Positions 29,392 to 37,514 of a DNA stretch of 64,000 bases are shown here, one piece after another. Position numbers and translations under genes: made by a program. The notes under the pieces are model-generated. The model had not been told where the DNA came from, did no database searches, and saw only the letters and a list, made by a program, of their open reading frames with translations. Position 1 is the stretch's first letter, and each line of letters starts with the position of its first letter. The stretch spans positions 32,001 through 96,000 of the IMG/VR virus record IMGVR_UViG_3300027963_000043. One strand, 5' to 3'. The stretch comes from a virus.

Positions 29392-30774
29392 TTATAAATT
29401 TGGTTGATTTGTGCCAGGAAATCCTCCGAATGGTAAAAATCCATTTAAATAATTTCCATCTTTATCTTTTGGAAGTCCATGAGAATTTAGACCAGTTGGA
29501 TTCTCGCAACCAGGTCTTCTTGGAAAATTTTCTGGTGTTACAATACCACTAGAAACGAGACTATTTCTTTCTGCTTGAGTTAAAAGATTTCTAAATCTAT
29601 CACAAGTTTTTATAAAATCTTCCCCATTTCTATTTGTAGGCCAAATTACAGGTCTAAAAGATGGATTTTTAAGCCATCTTAATCTACAAGCTGTAATTGA
29701 TTTTTCGCAAGTATCAGAAAGCCAATAATTTTTAGTTGGAGGAGCATTAAAAAAATTTGATTTATGATTATTTATACAAACATAATAATATTTAATATTT
29801 TTATTTTGTAAAAATACAAAATCTCCAGAAACATAATCTGCTGAATCGACCCATGAACCAGAATCACCAAGTTTTGCATTAGAATCTACTTGATAACCTG
29901 CCCCAGTTATTCTATGAGAAGCTGCACTAAGATTTTTAAAAATGTCTCCTACAAATAATTCATTATTTTCTGTAGCAACTGGTGGAGCAGTTTTTAATCC
30001 ATAAATTTGTACAGATGGATTTACTGTATTCGCATATATACCACTATGAACAGCTGTAAGCCTACTATTATATTCATAAACGCATCCTTCTCCTCTATAT
30101 TGGAACGGACATTTTGTTGAAAAAATTGTTCTTGATGGTAATACTAAATTTTCTAAATCTAATATTGTAGCTAATTGATATTGTACTGTATTTTTATTTT
30201 CTGCAATTTTTCTATCAATATAATAAATATCTCTTGGTAATTCTATATCATAAATTGATCCATTTGGATTATATGGATTTAATCCTGCGCTAAAATTATT
30301 GTGATTTAAATATTTTAAAAAAGTTTTAATTCTTGTGAATTTTGCTCCAACAATATCTCCAAGGGATTCAATTTGCATTCTAATATATTTATAAAAAGAA
30401 TTATTAGATTTATCTGGAGAAATATTACTTATTGAAAAAGTTGGAGTTGGTTGAGTACCCGCACTCGAAAGCTCAAAACCTTCAGAAAATATTGGAAATG
30501 GATAGTAAAAATTATTTTGAAATTTTAATTGTCCATATTGATATTGACTATTAATGATATTAAATAAATTATAATCATTGTAAACTCTAAATATACCATT
30601 ATTAATTGGTTGATCGGTGTTATTATTATTATAATTTTTCGTTTGAGGAGCTATTTCTGATAAATCAATTTCATATAAAATAATTTGTGCGGATGGTGTT
30701 AATGAAGATATTTCTGAGTTTATCAGAGTACTTCCGCTTATAATTGCATTAAATGTTTCTAGTGATGTTGGCAT
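29392..30774 (-). CDS. Minor tail protein, lambda L-like (Fe-S Cys motif)
   Basis: CPFQYRGEGC...DTCEKSITACRLR...PFGGFPG. Start moved to ATG 30774, 1 nt after the M stop. Confidence 0.88.
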   Translation of the reverse strand: MPTSLETFNAIISGSTLINSEISSLTPSAQIILYEIDLSEIAPQTKNYNNNNTDQPINNGIFRVYNDYNLFNIINSQYQYGQLKFQNNFYYPFPIFSEGFELSSAGTQPTPTFSISNISPDKSNNSFYKYIRMQIESLGDIVGAKFTRIKTFLKYLNHNNFSAGLNPYNPNGSIYDIELPRDIYYIDRKIAENKNTVQYQLATILDLENLVLPSRTIFSTKCPFQYRGEGCVYEYNSRLTAVHSGIYANTVNPSVQIYGLKTAPPVATENNELFVGDIFKNLSAASHRITGAGYQVDSNAKLGDSGSWVDSADYVSGDFVFLQNKNIKYYYVCINNHKSNFFNAPPTKNYWLSDTCEKSITACRLRWLKNPSFRPVIWPTNRNGEDFIKTCDRFRNLLTQAERNSLVSSGIVTPENFPRRPGCENPTGLNSHGLPKDKDGNYLNGFLPFGGFPGTNQPNL

Positions 30775-30775
30775 A

Positions 30776-31318
30776 TTACTGTGGAACCTCGATGAATTCC
30801 GCTTTAATAGAATAATTATTATAAGAAACAAAAGATGCGTCCCACTGCAAGCAAATAAATAATGTATTTAAACTAGATGCAGATTTTGCATATACTGTGG
30901 GAAGATTGTATATAAAACTCTCAAGAGAATTTCTTGCTCTTAAAAAATGCAATATAGAAACAGTTTCTTTTTCAGATCTATTATCAAATATTAAAGATAA
31001 GTTAATAAGATTATTATTCAATCCAGAAGAAATTCTTTGTTGATAACCATTACCAAAAGCGTTAATTGTTATTTTAGGAGAATTGTTAACAGCAGAACTA
31101 TATGAAGGTTTCCAGAAAAAATTTGGATATAATACTCCATTTAAAAGAATATATCCATCCCATTCAACTTGGAGATTAGAGGTGGTAACTGGATCTTGAT
31201 TTAAATTTGAATCAATGATTGAATAGTAATATTTACTATTACTACCAAGTACTATATCGTACTTATTATAAGTAGGTGCTCCGTTCCAGCTTGAAACTGT
31301 ATCGTAAATACTAGCCAT
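30776..31318 (-). CDS. Distal tail protein, lambda M-like, with an N-terminal CBM5/12-like module
   Basis: FGNGYQQRISSGLN...ILHFLRARNSLESFIYNLP is M-like; the N-terminus WNGAPTYNKYDIV...KYYYS is CBM-like. Confidence 0.8.
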   Translation of the reverse strand: MASIYDTVSSWNGAPTYNKYDIVLGSNSKYYYSIIDSNLNQDPVTTSNLQVEWDGYILLNGVLYPNFFWKPSYSSAVNNSPKITINAFGNGYQQRISSGLNNNLINLSLIFDNRSEKETVSILHFLRARNSLESFIYNLPTVYAKSASSLNTLFICLQWDASFVSYNNYSIKAEFIEVPQ

Positions 31319-31339
31319 ATACCTTTTACCTCCTATATT

Positions 31340-31345
31340 TTACAC
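31340..31345 (-). promoter_or_regulatory. GTGTAA putative late-promoter motif (tail-tip operon)
   Basis: ttacac on the + strand; 21 nt before ATG 31318, with GGAGG in between. Confidence 0.6.
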
Positions 31346-31354
31346 TTAAAAGAG

Positions 31355-31360
31355 GTGTAA
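31355..31360 (+). promoter_or_regulatory. GTGTAA putative late-promoter motif
   Basis: Back-to-back with the - strand copy (9 bp apart); 9 nt before ATG 31370. Confidence 0.6.
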
Positions 31361-31369
31361 TTATAGTTA

Positions 31370-32176
31370 ATGTTTAATGTATATACTATAGAAAATCAGA
31401 ACTTTTATCTAAATGATTCCTTGGTATCTGGAATTAAAAGTTTTAATGTTGGAGTTGATCTTAAAATATCTCCTCAAATATCTATCAATGATTCAATTAA
31501 TTATACAAAAGATGGTTTGCCAATTGCTCAATTTGACTTATCTTACGTATTAAGTGATAGTGATAGATTTTTGCAATATACAGGAATTAATTCATTCTCT
31601 GGCAAAGTTGAATATGGAGATAAATATGTAACATTTACAGATGGATATTTGACTAATTATTCTTTAAATTATAGATTAGGAGAATATCCAATTGTTGATA
31701 TAAAAGGAGTTATTTTTAATTGGCCAGCTTCTCAAATATCATTTACCCCAAAACCAGTAAATTTAAATACATTTAATGTCGGAGATCCATGCTTTATTGA
31801 TACAAATATAGGAATTTTTAATGAAAATAGAGTACAGTCTTTCGTAACTAATATTGATATCAACCGTATTCCTAATTATACTATTGGTAATTATTCACCA
31901 GATACTGTATACATTCAATACCCAATAAAACAAGAACTTTCATTTGATACTAGCGCAAGCGATACTGTATTTGTAACAAATCTTCGTAATTTACCAAATT
32001 CAGGGTATATTAGTCCTGATACTAATCAATACATATCAATAAAAAAATATCAATCTAATTTAAATTTAGCTACGTTTAATTTACCCAATAATATCCTTAC
32101 TAACTTAAATTCTACATTTAGTAACGATAATGAAGCTCAATTTAATCAAAGAAAAGTACTATACCTCCAACCATAA
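31370..32176 (+). CDS. Tail-tube paralogue (possible tube initiator, T5 p140-like)
   Basis: RVQSFVTNIDINRIPNYTIG...YPIKQELSFD aligns with tube NIQSYNLSFDLARTPIERLG...FPLTVNLSVD; YLTNYSLNYRLGEYP aligns with FISSYSTEGSVGNFP. Confidence 0.6.
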   Translation: MFNVYTIENQNFYLNDSLVSGIKSFNVGVDLKISPQISINDSINYTKDGLPIAQFDLSYVLSDSDRFLQYTGINSFSGKVEYGDKYVTFTDGYLTNYSLNYRLGEYPIVDIKGVIFNWPASQISFTPKPVNLNTFNVGDPCFIDTNIGIFNENRVQSFVTNIDINRIPNYTIGNYSPDTVYIQYPIKQELSFDTSASDTVFVTNLRNLPNSGYISPDTNQYISIKKYQSNLNLATFNLPNNILTNLNSTFSNDNEAQFNQRKVLYLQP

Positions 32177-32180
32177 TTTT

Positions 32181-32209
32181 TAGATTTTTTATAATATATA
32201 TATTATAAT
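32181..32209 (+). promoter_or_regulatory. sigma70-like promoter
   Basis: TAGATT-17-TATAAT, 9 nt before ATG 32219. Confidence 0.5.
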
Positions 32210-32218
32210 ATAGTAAAT

Positions 32219-32719
32219 ATGACATTTAATGACCTACTTAATTCGCCAGTATTTTTTGATACTCTTATTAAGGATGATATATTTTTTAATTCTTTAAAAG
32301 ATAAATTCCCAGAAATTTTAGCAGATCTTACAAGTGCAAGAGACAATCCAAATTGTAGCTGCAAAAATAAAGTACAATCTTATTTACGAAGTTCTTATAA
32401 AAAAGATAAAGAATTTTTCAATGATTTCATTAATATTTCAGAAATTAAAGATCTTATAGAAAAAAATAAAGAAAAATTATCAACTACTTCATATGGAAAG
32501 TTGCCGACTGTAGCATTTCCTCCTGGATCGCCTATGCCATTTACAGAAAAACAGCATTATAATCCAAATTTACCACGTACAATAGGTAGGGTATTTGAGA
32601 TAGGAAAAACAGAAGAAGATTGGCAAAATTTTGTAGAAAAACTTTATGAAGAAAAAATTCTTTTAAGATCATTTTCAATTGTTGAAAAAGAAAATAAATT
32701 AATTGTTTATCTTATTTAA
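32219..32719 (+). CDS. Hypothetical protein with a CxC motif
   Basis: 166-aa ORF with its own promoter; NPNCSCKNK. Confidence 0.6.
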   Translation: MTFNDLLNSPVFFDTLIKDDIFFNSLKDKFPEILADLTSARDNPNCSCKNKVQSYLRSSYKKDKEFFNDFINISEIKDLIEKNKEKLSTTSYGKLPTVAFPPGSPMPFTEKQHYNPNLPRTIGRVFEIGKTEEDWQNFVEKLYEEKILLRSFSIVEKENKLIVYLI

Positions 32720-32720
32720 A

Positions 32721-33017
32721 ATGTTTTATCAATTCTTAGCGTATTTGTTTGCTTGCTTAGGGATAACTTATGCTTGGAGTGATACTGATATAGCAAGACC
32801 TTTTCGTAATTTTATAGCTAGAATACCTTATATCAGAAAACCTTTACTTTGTCATGAATGCTCTAGTTTTTGGATATCTTTAGCTGTTAGTTTTTTTATT
32901 AATCCATTTGATTTATTAACTTATGCTTATTTTAGTAACTTATTGAGTGCTTTTTGTGGATTTTTTATTAATCTTTACTTTGTTAGAAACCAATTAGTAA
33001 AGTATAAAGATTATTAA
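32721..33017 (+). CDS. Small membrane protein with CxxC (DUF1360-like)
   Basis: Three hydrophobic segments and LLCHECSSFWISL. Start moved to ATG 32721. Confidence 0.55.
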   Translation: MFYQFLAYLFACLGITYAWSDTDIARPFRNFIARIPYIRKPLLCHECSSFWISLAVSFFINPFDLLTYAYFSNLLSAFCGFFINLYFVRNQLVKYKDY

Positions 33018-33823
33018 TCTTTAATTTTCTTAATTCGGTCTATTAATTCAAACAACTTAACTTTGGGTATATCTGAGATAGAGTTTAAATTTTCTGCATT
33101 ATCAAATTTATCTTTAATTAATCTTTTCTTAAGAGTATCAAAATTTATACCTTTTTCTTTCATAACTTTTTCTAGTAATGATTGAGGAGAGGTTGGATTT
33201 TCATTTATAGATGAAGAATCATCAATGAGTTTTGCATCTCCAAGTTCTTCTTGTGATACAATATTAATCTTTAAAAAATTACGAACACAACGAACAAATG
33301 CTCTATTCTCAGCAATAGCAGCCAAAAAGAATTTAGCAAAACTCTTTGTGTTATTTAAAGTTGCATCAGCAAGAGATTCAAAGACTACTTCTTTTCCACC
33401 AGTTTCATAATTTGGTAACCAAGTAATCCTGCAACTGGTTGCAAAATAATTTTCAGAAGCTGCAACTACTTTATATTCAACGCTAGTATAACCTCTGATT
33501 TGAGCCAGTTCTTTAATTCCACCTAAAAGAATAAGCAAATCTTTATCTTGAAGTTTTGAAACATCTGTTTCTTGAGTTTTTTGACGATTAGGAACAAGAT
33601 GCTCTATTTTAACCATCTTACGCCAATTAATTGTTCCGTCATCATTAAATACATAATTAAGATTATTATCTTCAACAAGACCATATTGGTTTCTGGTCAT
33701 TAATCTTGGAGGTGTAACTTTCGTACTAATTTGCTCTGGCTGACTAGTAACAGTTACTCCTTCAAATAATTCCGAACTACCAATTGAAATCGTATTTTCT
33801 TCTGATTTAATCTTAGGACTCAT
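33014..33823 (-). CDS. Single-strand annealing protein, Rad52/ERF/RecT-like superfamily
   Basis: GGIKELAQIRG...IAENRAFVRCVRNFLKINIVSQEEL core followed by a small helical C-terminal domain. Confidence 0.55.
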   Translation of the reverse strand: MSPKIKSEENTISIGSSELFEGVTVTSQPEQISTKVTPPRLMTRNQYGLVEDNNLNYVFNDDGTINWRKMVKIEHLVPNRQKTQETDVSKLQDKDLLILLGGIKELAQIRGYTSVEYKVVAASENYFATSCRITWLPNYETGGKEVVFESLADATLNNTKSFAKFFLAAIAENRAFVRCVRNFLKINIVSQEELGDAKLIDDSSSINENPTSPQSLLEKVMKEKGINFDTLKKRLIKDKFDNAENLNSISDIPKVKLFELIDRIKKIKD

Positions 33824-33829
33824 TTAAGA

Positions 33830-33858
33830 ATGATACTATGGATTATATTTTAAGTCAA
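33830..33858 (-). promoter_or_regulatory. sigma70-like promoter
   Basis: TTGACT-17-TATCAT, 6 nt before ATG 33823. Confidence 0.75.
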
Positions 33859-35001
33859 CTTAAAAATATGAAAATTATCTGCTTCTTTCCAAAAGTCTGG
33901 ATTATCTATCACTTTATTACCATTACGATTAATCCAATCATATTTGGATGTAAATTTGCCTTTTGATGAGAATAGTGTTCTGCAAGATTTATAATAAAGA
34001 TTATTTATATCTTGTATTTTAGTATCTTCTTTAGTCTTGTGTTTTCTATTAACAATTAAATTATAGTCCATATAGTCTAATTTAAATTTATTTAAAATTT
34101 CTTCTGGTAAAAATGATAAAAGTACATAATTTATTGAGTTATTTTTTAGTAGTTTAACGAAATTAACATCATTATCTTCTTCAATTATATAAATTAATTG
34201 ATTAATATTATTTTTATATTTTTCTATAATATCCTTTTTTATTGGTTTATTTGTAAAGATAATAGTTTTTTTGTGAGAAATTATAAGTTCTAAGGCTTTT
34301 TCATTAAAAAAATAATCCATCCTTACGATTGGATTTTCTACTGGTATTGAGCTTGGGTCTAAAATTTCATCTGGAATAATTTCAAAACTTTTAACATTAA
34401 AATCTATTCCAAAAAATACAGTTTCTGGTATACTATTATATTTTATATTTAGAAGTTGTAAAATTGATTTAGCAATTTCTTCTGGTTTAATTGTATCAAT
34501 AGATTTAGGGTTTTCTACTTGAGAGTAAGATGGTTTTTTATTACCTATTCTTTCGTATCCTTTTAATAAAATATGTTTATTTTTATCTCCAAAATGTGGA
34601 CCTGCAACATTTGGATTGCTTATGCTATAAATTGAAATGATTGGTTTATCGAAATATGAAGCCAAATGAACGCAAAAACTATCCGCACCAAAATGTAGAC
34701 TAGAATTTTCTATTAAATAAGCTAATTGATTTATATCGGTTTGACCTAATAAATTAATAACACCATTTAATGGTTTTTCATCTTTTGTTCCAACTTGAAT
34801 AATATGTATATTTTGTTTAGATAAATATGGATGTATTATTTCTATTACTTCTTGCCAATAAGAATAATTTCTAGAATCATATGGAGTTTGGGCTTGAAGG
34901 GTTATATATTTTTCTAATGGTAATGGGAAAAATTTAGTATAAATAAAAGGCTTATCAATTTTTGAACCAGTATTAGTTGCGTATGTATCTAAAAGTCTCA
35001 T
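33850..35001 (-). CDS. Glycosyltransferase, GT9-like, with C-terminal extension
   Basis: YWQEVI...IIQVG...TDINQLAYLIENSSLHFGADSFCVHLASYFDKPIISIY. Confidence 0.75.
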   Translation of the reverse strand: MRLLDTYATNTGSKIDKPFIYTKFFPLPLEKYITLQAQTPYDSRNYSYWQEVIEIIHPYLSKQNIHIIQVGTKDEKPLNGVINLLGQTDINQLAYLIENSSLHFGADSFCVHLASYFDKPIISIYSISNPNVAGPHFGDKNKHILLKGYERIGNKKPSYSQVENPKSIDTIKPEEIAKSILQLLNIKYNSIPETVFFGIDFNVKSFEIIPDEILDPSSIPVENPIVRMDYFFNEKALELIISHKKTIIFTNKPIKKDIIEKYKNNINQLIYIIEEDNDVNFVKLLKNNSINYVLLSFLPEEILNKFKLDYMDYNLIVNRKHKTKEDTKIQDINNLYYKSCRTLFSSKGKFTSKYDWINRNGNKVIDNPDFWKEADNFHIFKLT

Positions 35002-35015
35002 TTATTTATGATATA

Positions 35016-36932
35016 TTAATTCAATTCAAATTCTATTTTATCTAAACCATTATGTAGATAATTCAAATTTCTTTGAGTACAAGTATATGGTAAATAAGCA
35101 ATATCAAAATACCCATCATGTTGATTATTGCCTTCTAACCAAATTAAATTATCCATAATTGGATTATACTCTATCCATCTATGGACATACGGATTACCTT
35201 GTAAAATATCTTTGTATTGAGATTTGGTTGCCACATATAGACTATAATCTGGATATCTATTTTTAATAGATTTAAATAATGCAGTACTTAAGAAAATATC
35301 TCCAGAACTTTCTGGCATAACATATATAATTCTACCTTTATCATTTGGGTCAAGTAAATCCTCAAATTTTACTTGCTTTTGATCTTCGCTTTCTTTTAAA
35401 GCTACATTTCTAAAGTAATTTTCAACATCTTGTCTTTTTGCTCCTTTTGATAATTCTGACATCCAATATTGATGTCCAGAATCATTACGATCAATATTTT
35501 TCATTTTTAATATATTATGATACATACATATCAACCATTCTGCATCATCTAAGATATTAGGAATTTGAAAATAAGGATCTTTTTTATCTTCTGAGTTTTG
35601 TTTTATTTGATCCCAATCAATTAATTTTTGATTATCAATAAAATTTTCTATAGTTTTACCAACATTACTAATTGCAAAATTTTTAACAGTCCATTCTCTA
35701 GCTTTTTTACCAATTTCTTTCCTTTGATGAACTGGCATTTTATATACAATATTTAATTGTTTCGCTATTGATTCTGGAAGAGTTGAAGCTTTAATAAATT
35801 CTGTTCCGTGCTCTCTATATTCTATCCAATCTAATGATAATGAGTTTGCTTCTGGTTCGCACATTTCTTCTCCACAAGAATAATTAGTAACTAATGTAAT
35901 TAATTCGGTTAATTTGGCTTCTTGAATGGGTATTTCTTGTCCTCCGCTAGTGAATGGATGACAATAAACATCCATTAAATTATAAATTTCATTCAGTTGC
36001 GATTCTGTTACTCCAAAATGAACATTTGTTGTTGTTTGAGATTTCTTTGATCCGCAAAATTTACAATCTAAATCTTGGCCATTAAAATTTTTAATTTCAT
36101 AATTTCCACAACTTTTACATACGTATGTAGTTAATATTTCATTTGGATTTACGCCAACTTCTTGAGCTAATTTATGAATATTCCATCCTTCTCCCCAGTG
36201 AGTATGTAAAAGAAGATATGTATTTTTAATTTCTGGATTATTTTTTTTCCATAAAGCGTAACCTTGAAGTAAATTTGGAACACTTTTTCTTAATTGATTT
36301 CTGAATACAAAACCAATAACAAATGCATCTTGAGGAATACCATACGTTTTTCTAAGTTGATTTCTATGGAAATCTGATAAACGATAAAAATCTTTATCTT
36401 CTAAAGATCCATGCATAGTTTTTACATGACTATACCCAAGTTTATGGAGGGCTTTGGTAGCGAAACTACTCCAAATCCAATAATTTTTAATTTTAGGAGC
36501 ATTAGTAATTGCGGATTGAAGAATTGGAAGTGAATCTAATGTAGTCCATATTACTGATGAGATTTTATTAAACCAAGGCTTTTCTATAGCAAAATCTACT
36601 CCCCATATATCTTGCACGGCAAAATATACATCTGGTTTTTCTTCATTAATAACTCTATCTAAATAATGTGCCCCGTAACTTGCCATTCTAGCTAAGTTGG
36701 GATCTTTATTTAATTGATCTAATTCTTGCTGAGTATTAGGAAGTGAACCTACTGATTTCCAAGGGGTCTTTTTAAATTCTGGATTATCATAAGTCATTCC
36801 ACAACAATAATGTACTAAATTATATTTATTTGTAGAATATAAATATTTAAGTAAAGATCTAGCATTTCTACCAAAGCCTGTTTTAGCCAAGGCAAAATCT
36901 GTTTGTATTAGAACTTTCTTTTTTCTTTCCAT
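35016..36932 (-). CDS. GT4-like glycosyltransferase with a Zn-ribbon insert, fused to a GT9 N-terminal-like domain
   Basis: TGFGRNAR, FVIGFVFRNQLRK, HPFTSGGQEIPIQEA; CKSC/CKFC insert; C-terminal SSGDIFLSTAL...ILQGNPYV. Start at ATG 36932 (TAATG overlap). Confidence 0.75.
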   Translation of the reverse strand: MERKKKVLIQTDFALAKTGFGRNARSLLKYLYSTNKYNLVHYCCGMTYDNPEFKKTPWKSVGSLPNTQQELDQLNKDPNLARMASYGAHYLDRVINEEKPDVYFAVQDIWGVDFAIEKPWFNKISSVIWTTLDSLPILQSAITNAPKIKNYWIWSSFATKALHKLGYSHVKTMHGSLEDKDFYRLSDFHRNQLRKTYGIPQDAFVIGFVFRNQLRKSVPNLLQGYALWKKNNPEIKNTYLLLHTHWGEGWNIHKLAQEVGVNPNEILTTYVCKSCGNYEIKNFNGQDLDCKFCGSKKSQTTTNVHFGVTESQLNEIYNLMDVYCHPFTSGGQEIPIQEAKLTELITLVTNYSCGEEMCEPEANSLSLDWIEYREHGTEFIKASTLPESIAKQLNIVYKMPVHQRKEIGKKAREWTVKNFAISNVGKTIENFIDNQKLIDWDQIKQNSEDKKDPYFQIPNILDDAEWLICMYHNILKMKNIDRNDSGHQYWMSELSKGAKRQDVENYFRNVALKESEDQKQVKFEDLLDPNDKGRIIYVMPESSGDIFLSTALFKSIKNRYPDYSLYVATKSQYKDILQGNPYVHRWIEYNPIMDNLIWLEGNNQHDGYFDIAYLPYTCTQRNLNYLHNGLDKIEFELN

Positions 36933-37477
36933 TACCAAAGTTCGCTATCTTCTTCTTGATTAGTCGCGCTAACTTCTTTGATTTCTTTTGTTGAATTTTT
37001 AGCTTTTTTAATAGCTTCGATCCGTTGAGTTTCAAATACTGAATTTAAAGAATAAGTTAAAAATTCTTTCAATAATCTTGCTTCATTAAAATAAAAACCA
37101 ATTAAATATGATTGTTTATTTTCTACATTTTGCTTATCTTCCTTATTTACGCTATATGAAAAACCAACTTGTTTTTCATCTCTAATATATGGAGCTAGTT
37201 TAATTTTTGTAATTTGTTTTTCAGAGGTATGGTATGCGGAAAATTCTACATTTCTTTCTAGAGCATCAAGAAGTCCAGCTGCTTCTGTTAATGAAAATTT
37301 AACCTTAACACTTTTATTTGGATTATTTTGATTTTCTGAAAAAGATCCAATCTTCTTGGCTTCATTCCAAGAGCTTTGCTTGATTAATGATCCCCATACG
37401 GAATTATCTTTTGAATTTACGCTGAAACTACAAGCCGTGCCTGTATTCTTACTATTTGGTTTATAAAATGATATCAT
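36932..37477 (-). CDS. Putative ssDNA-binding protein, Whirly-like fold
   Basis: Two beta-sheet/helix repeats (KVKFSLTEAAGL...FSAYH and IGFYFNEARLLKEFL), acidic tail EEDSELW, next to the polymerase. Confidence 0.45.
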   Translation of the reverse strand: MISFYKPNSKNTGTACSFSVNSKDNSVWGSLIKQSSWNEAKKIGSFSENQNNPNKSVKVKFSLTEAAGLLDALERNVEFSAYHTSEKQITKIKLAPYIRDEKQVGFSYSVNKEDKQNVENKQSYLIGFYFNEARLLKEFLTYSLNSVFETQRIEAIKKAKNSTKEIKEVSATNQEEDSELW

Positions 37478-37485
37478 ATTACTTT

Positions 37486-37514
37486 ATGTTACTATGTATA
37501 TTTAGAAATGTCAA
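37486..37514 (-). promoter_or_regulatory. sigma70-like promoter
   Basis: TTGACA-17-TAACAT, 8 nt before ATG 37477. Confidence 0.75.

Noticed and set aside
22700-31370. Recombinase-driven invertible tail-tip segment
   Set aside because: No inverted repeats seen at the two boundaries, no invertase in the window, and the block has its own promoter motif.
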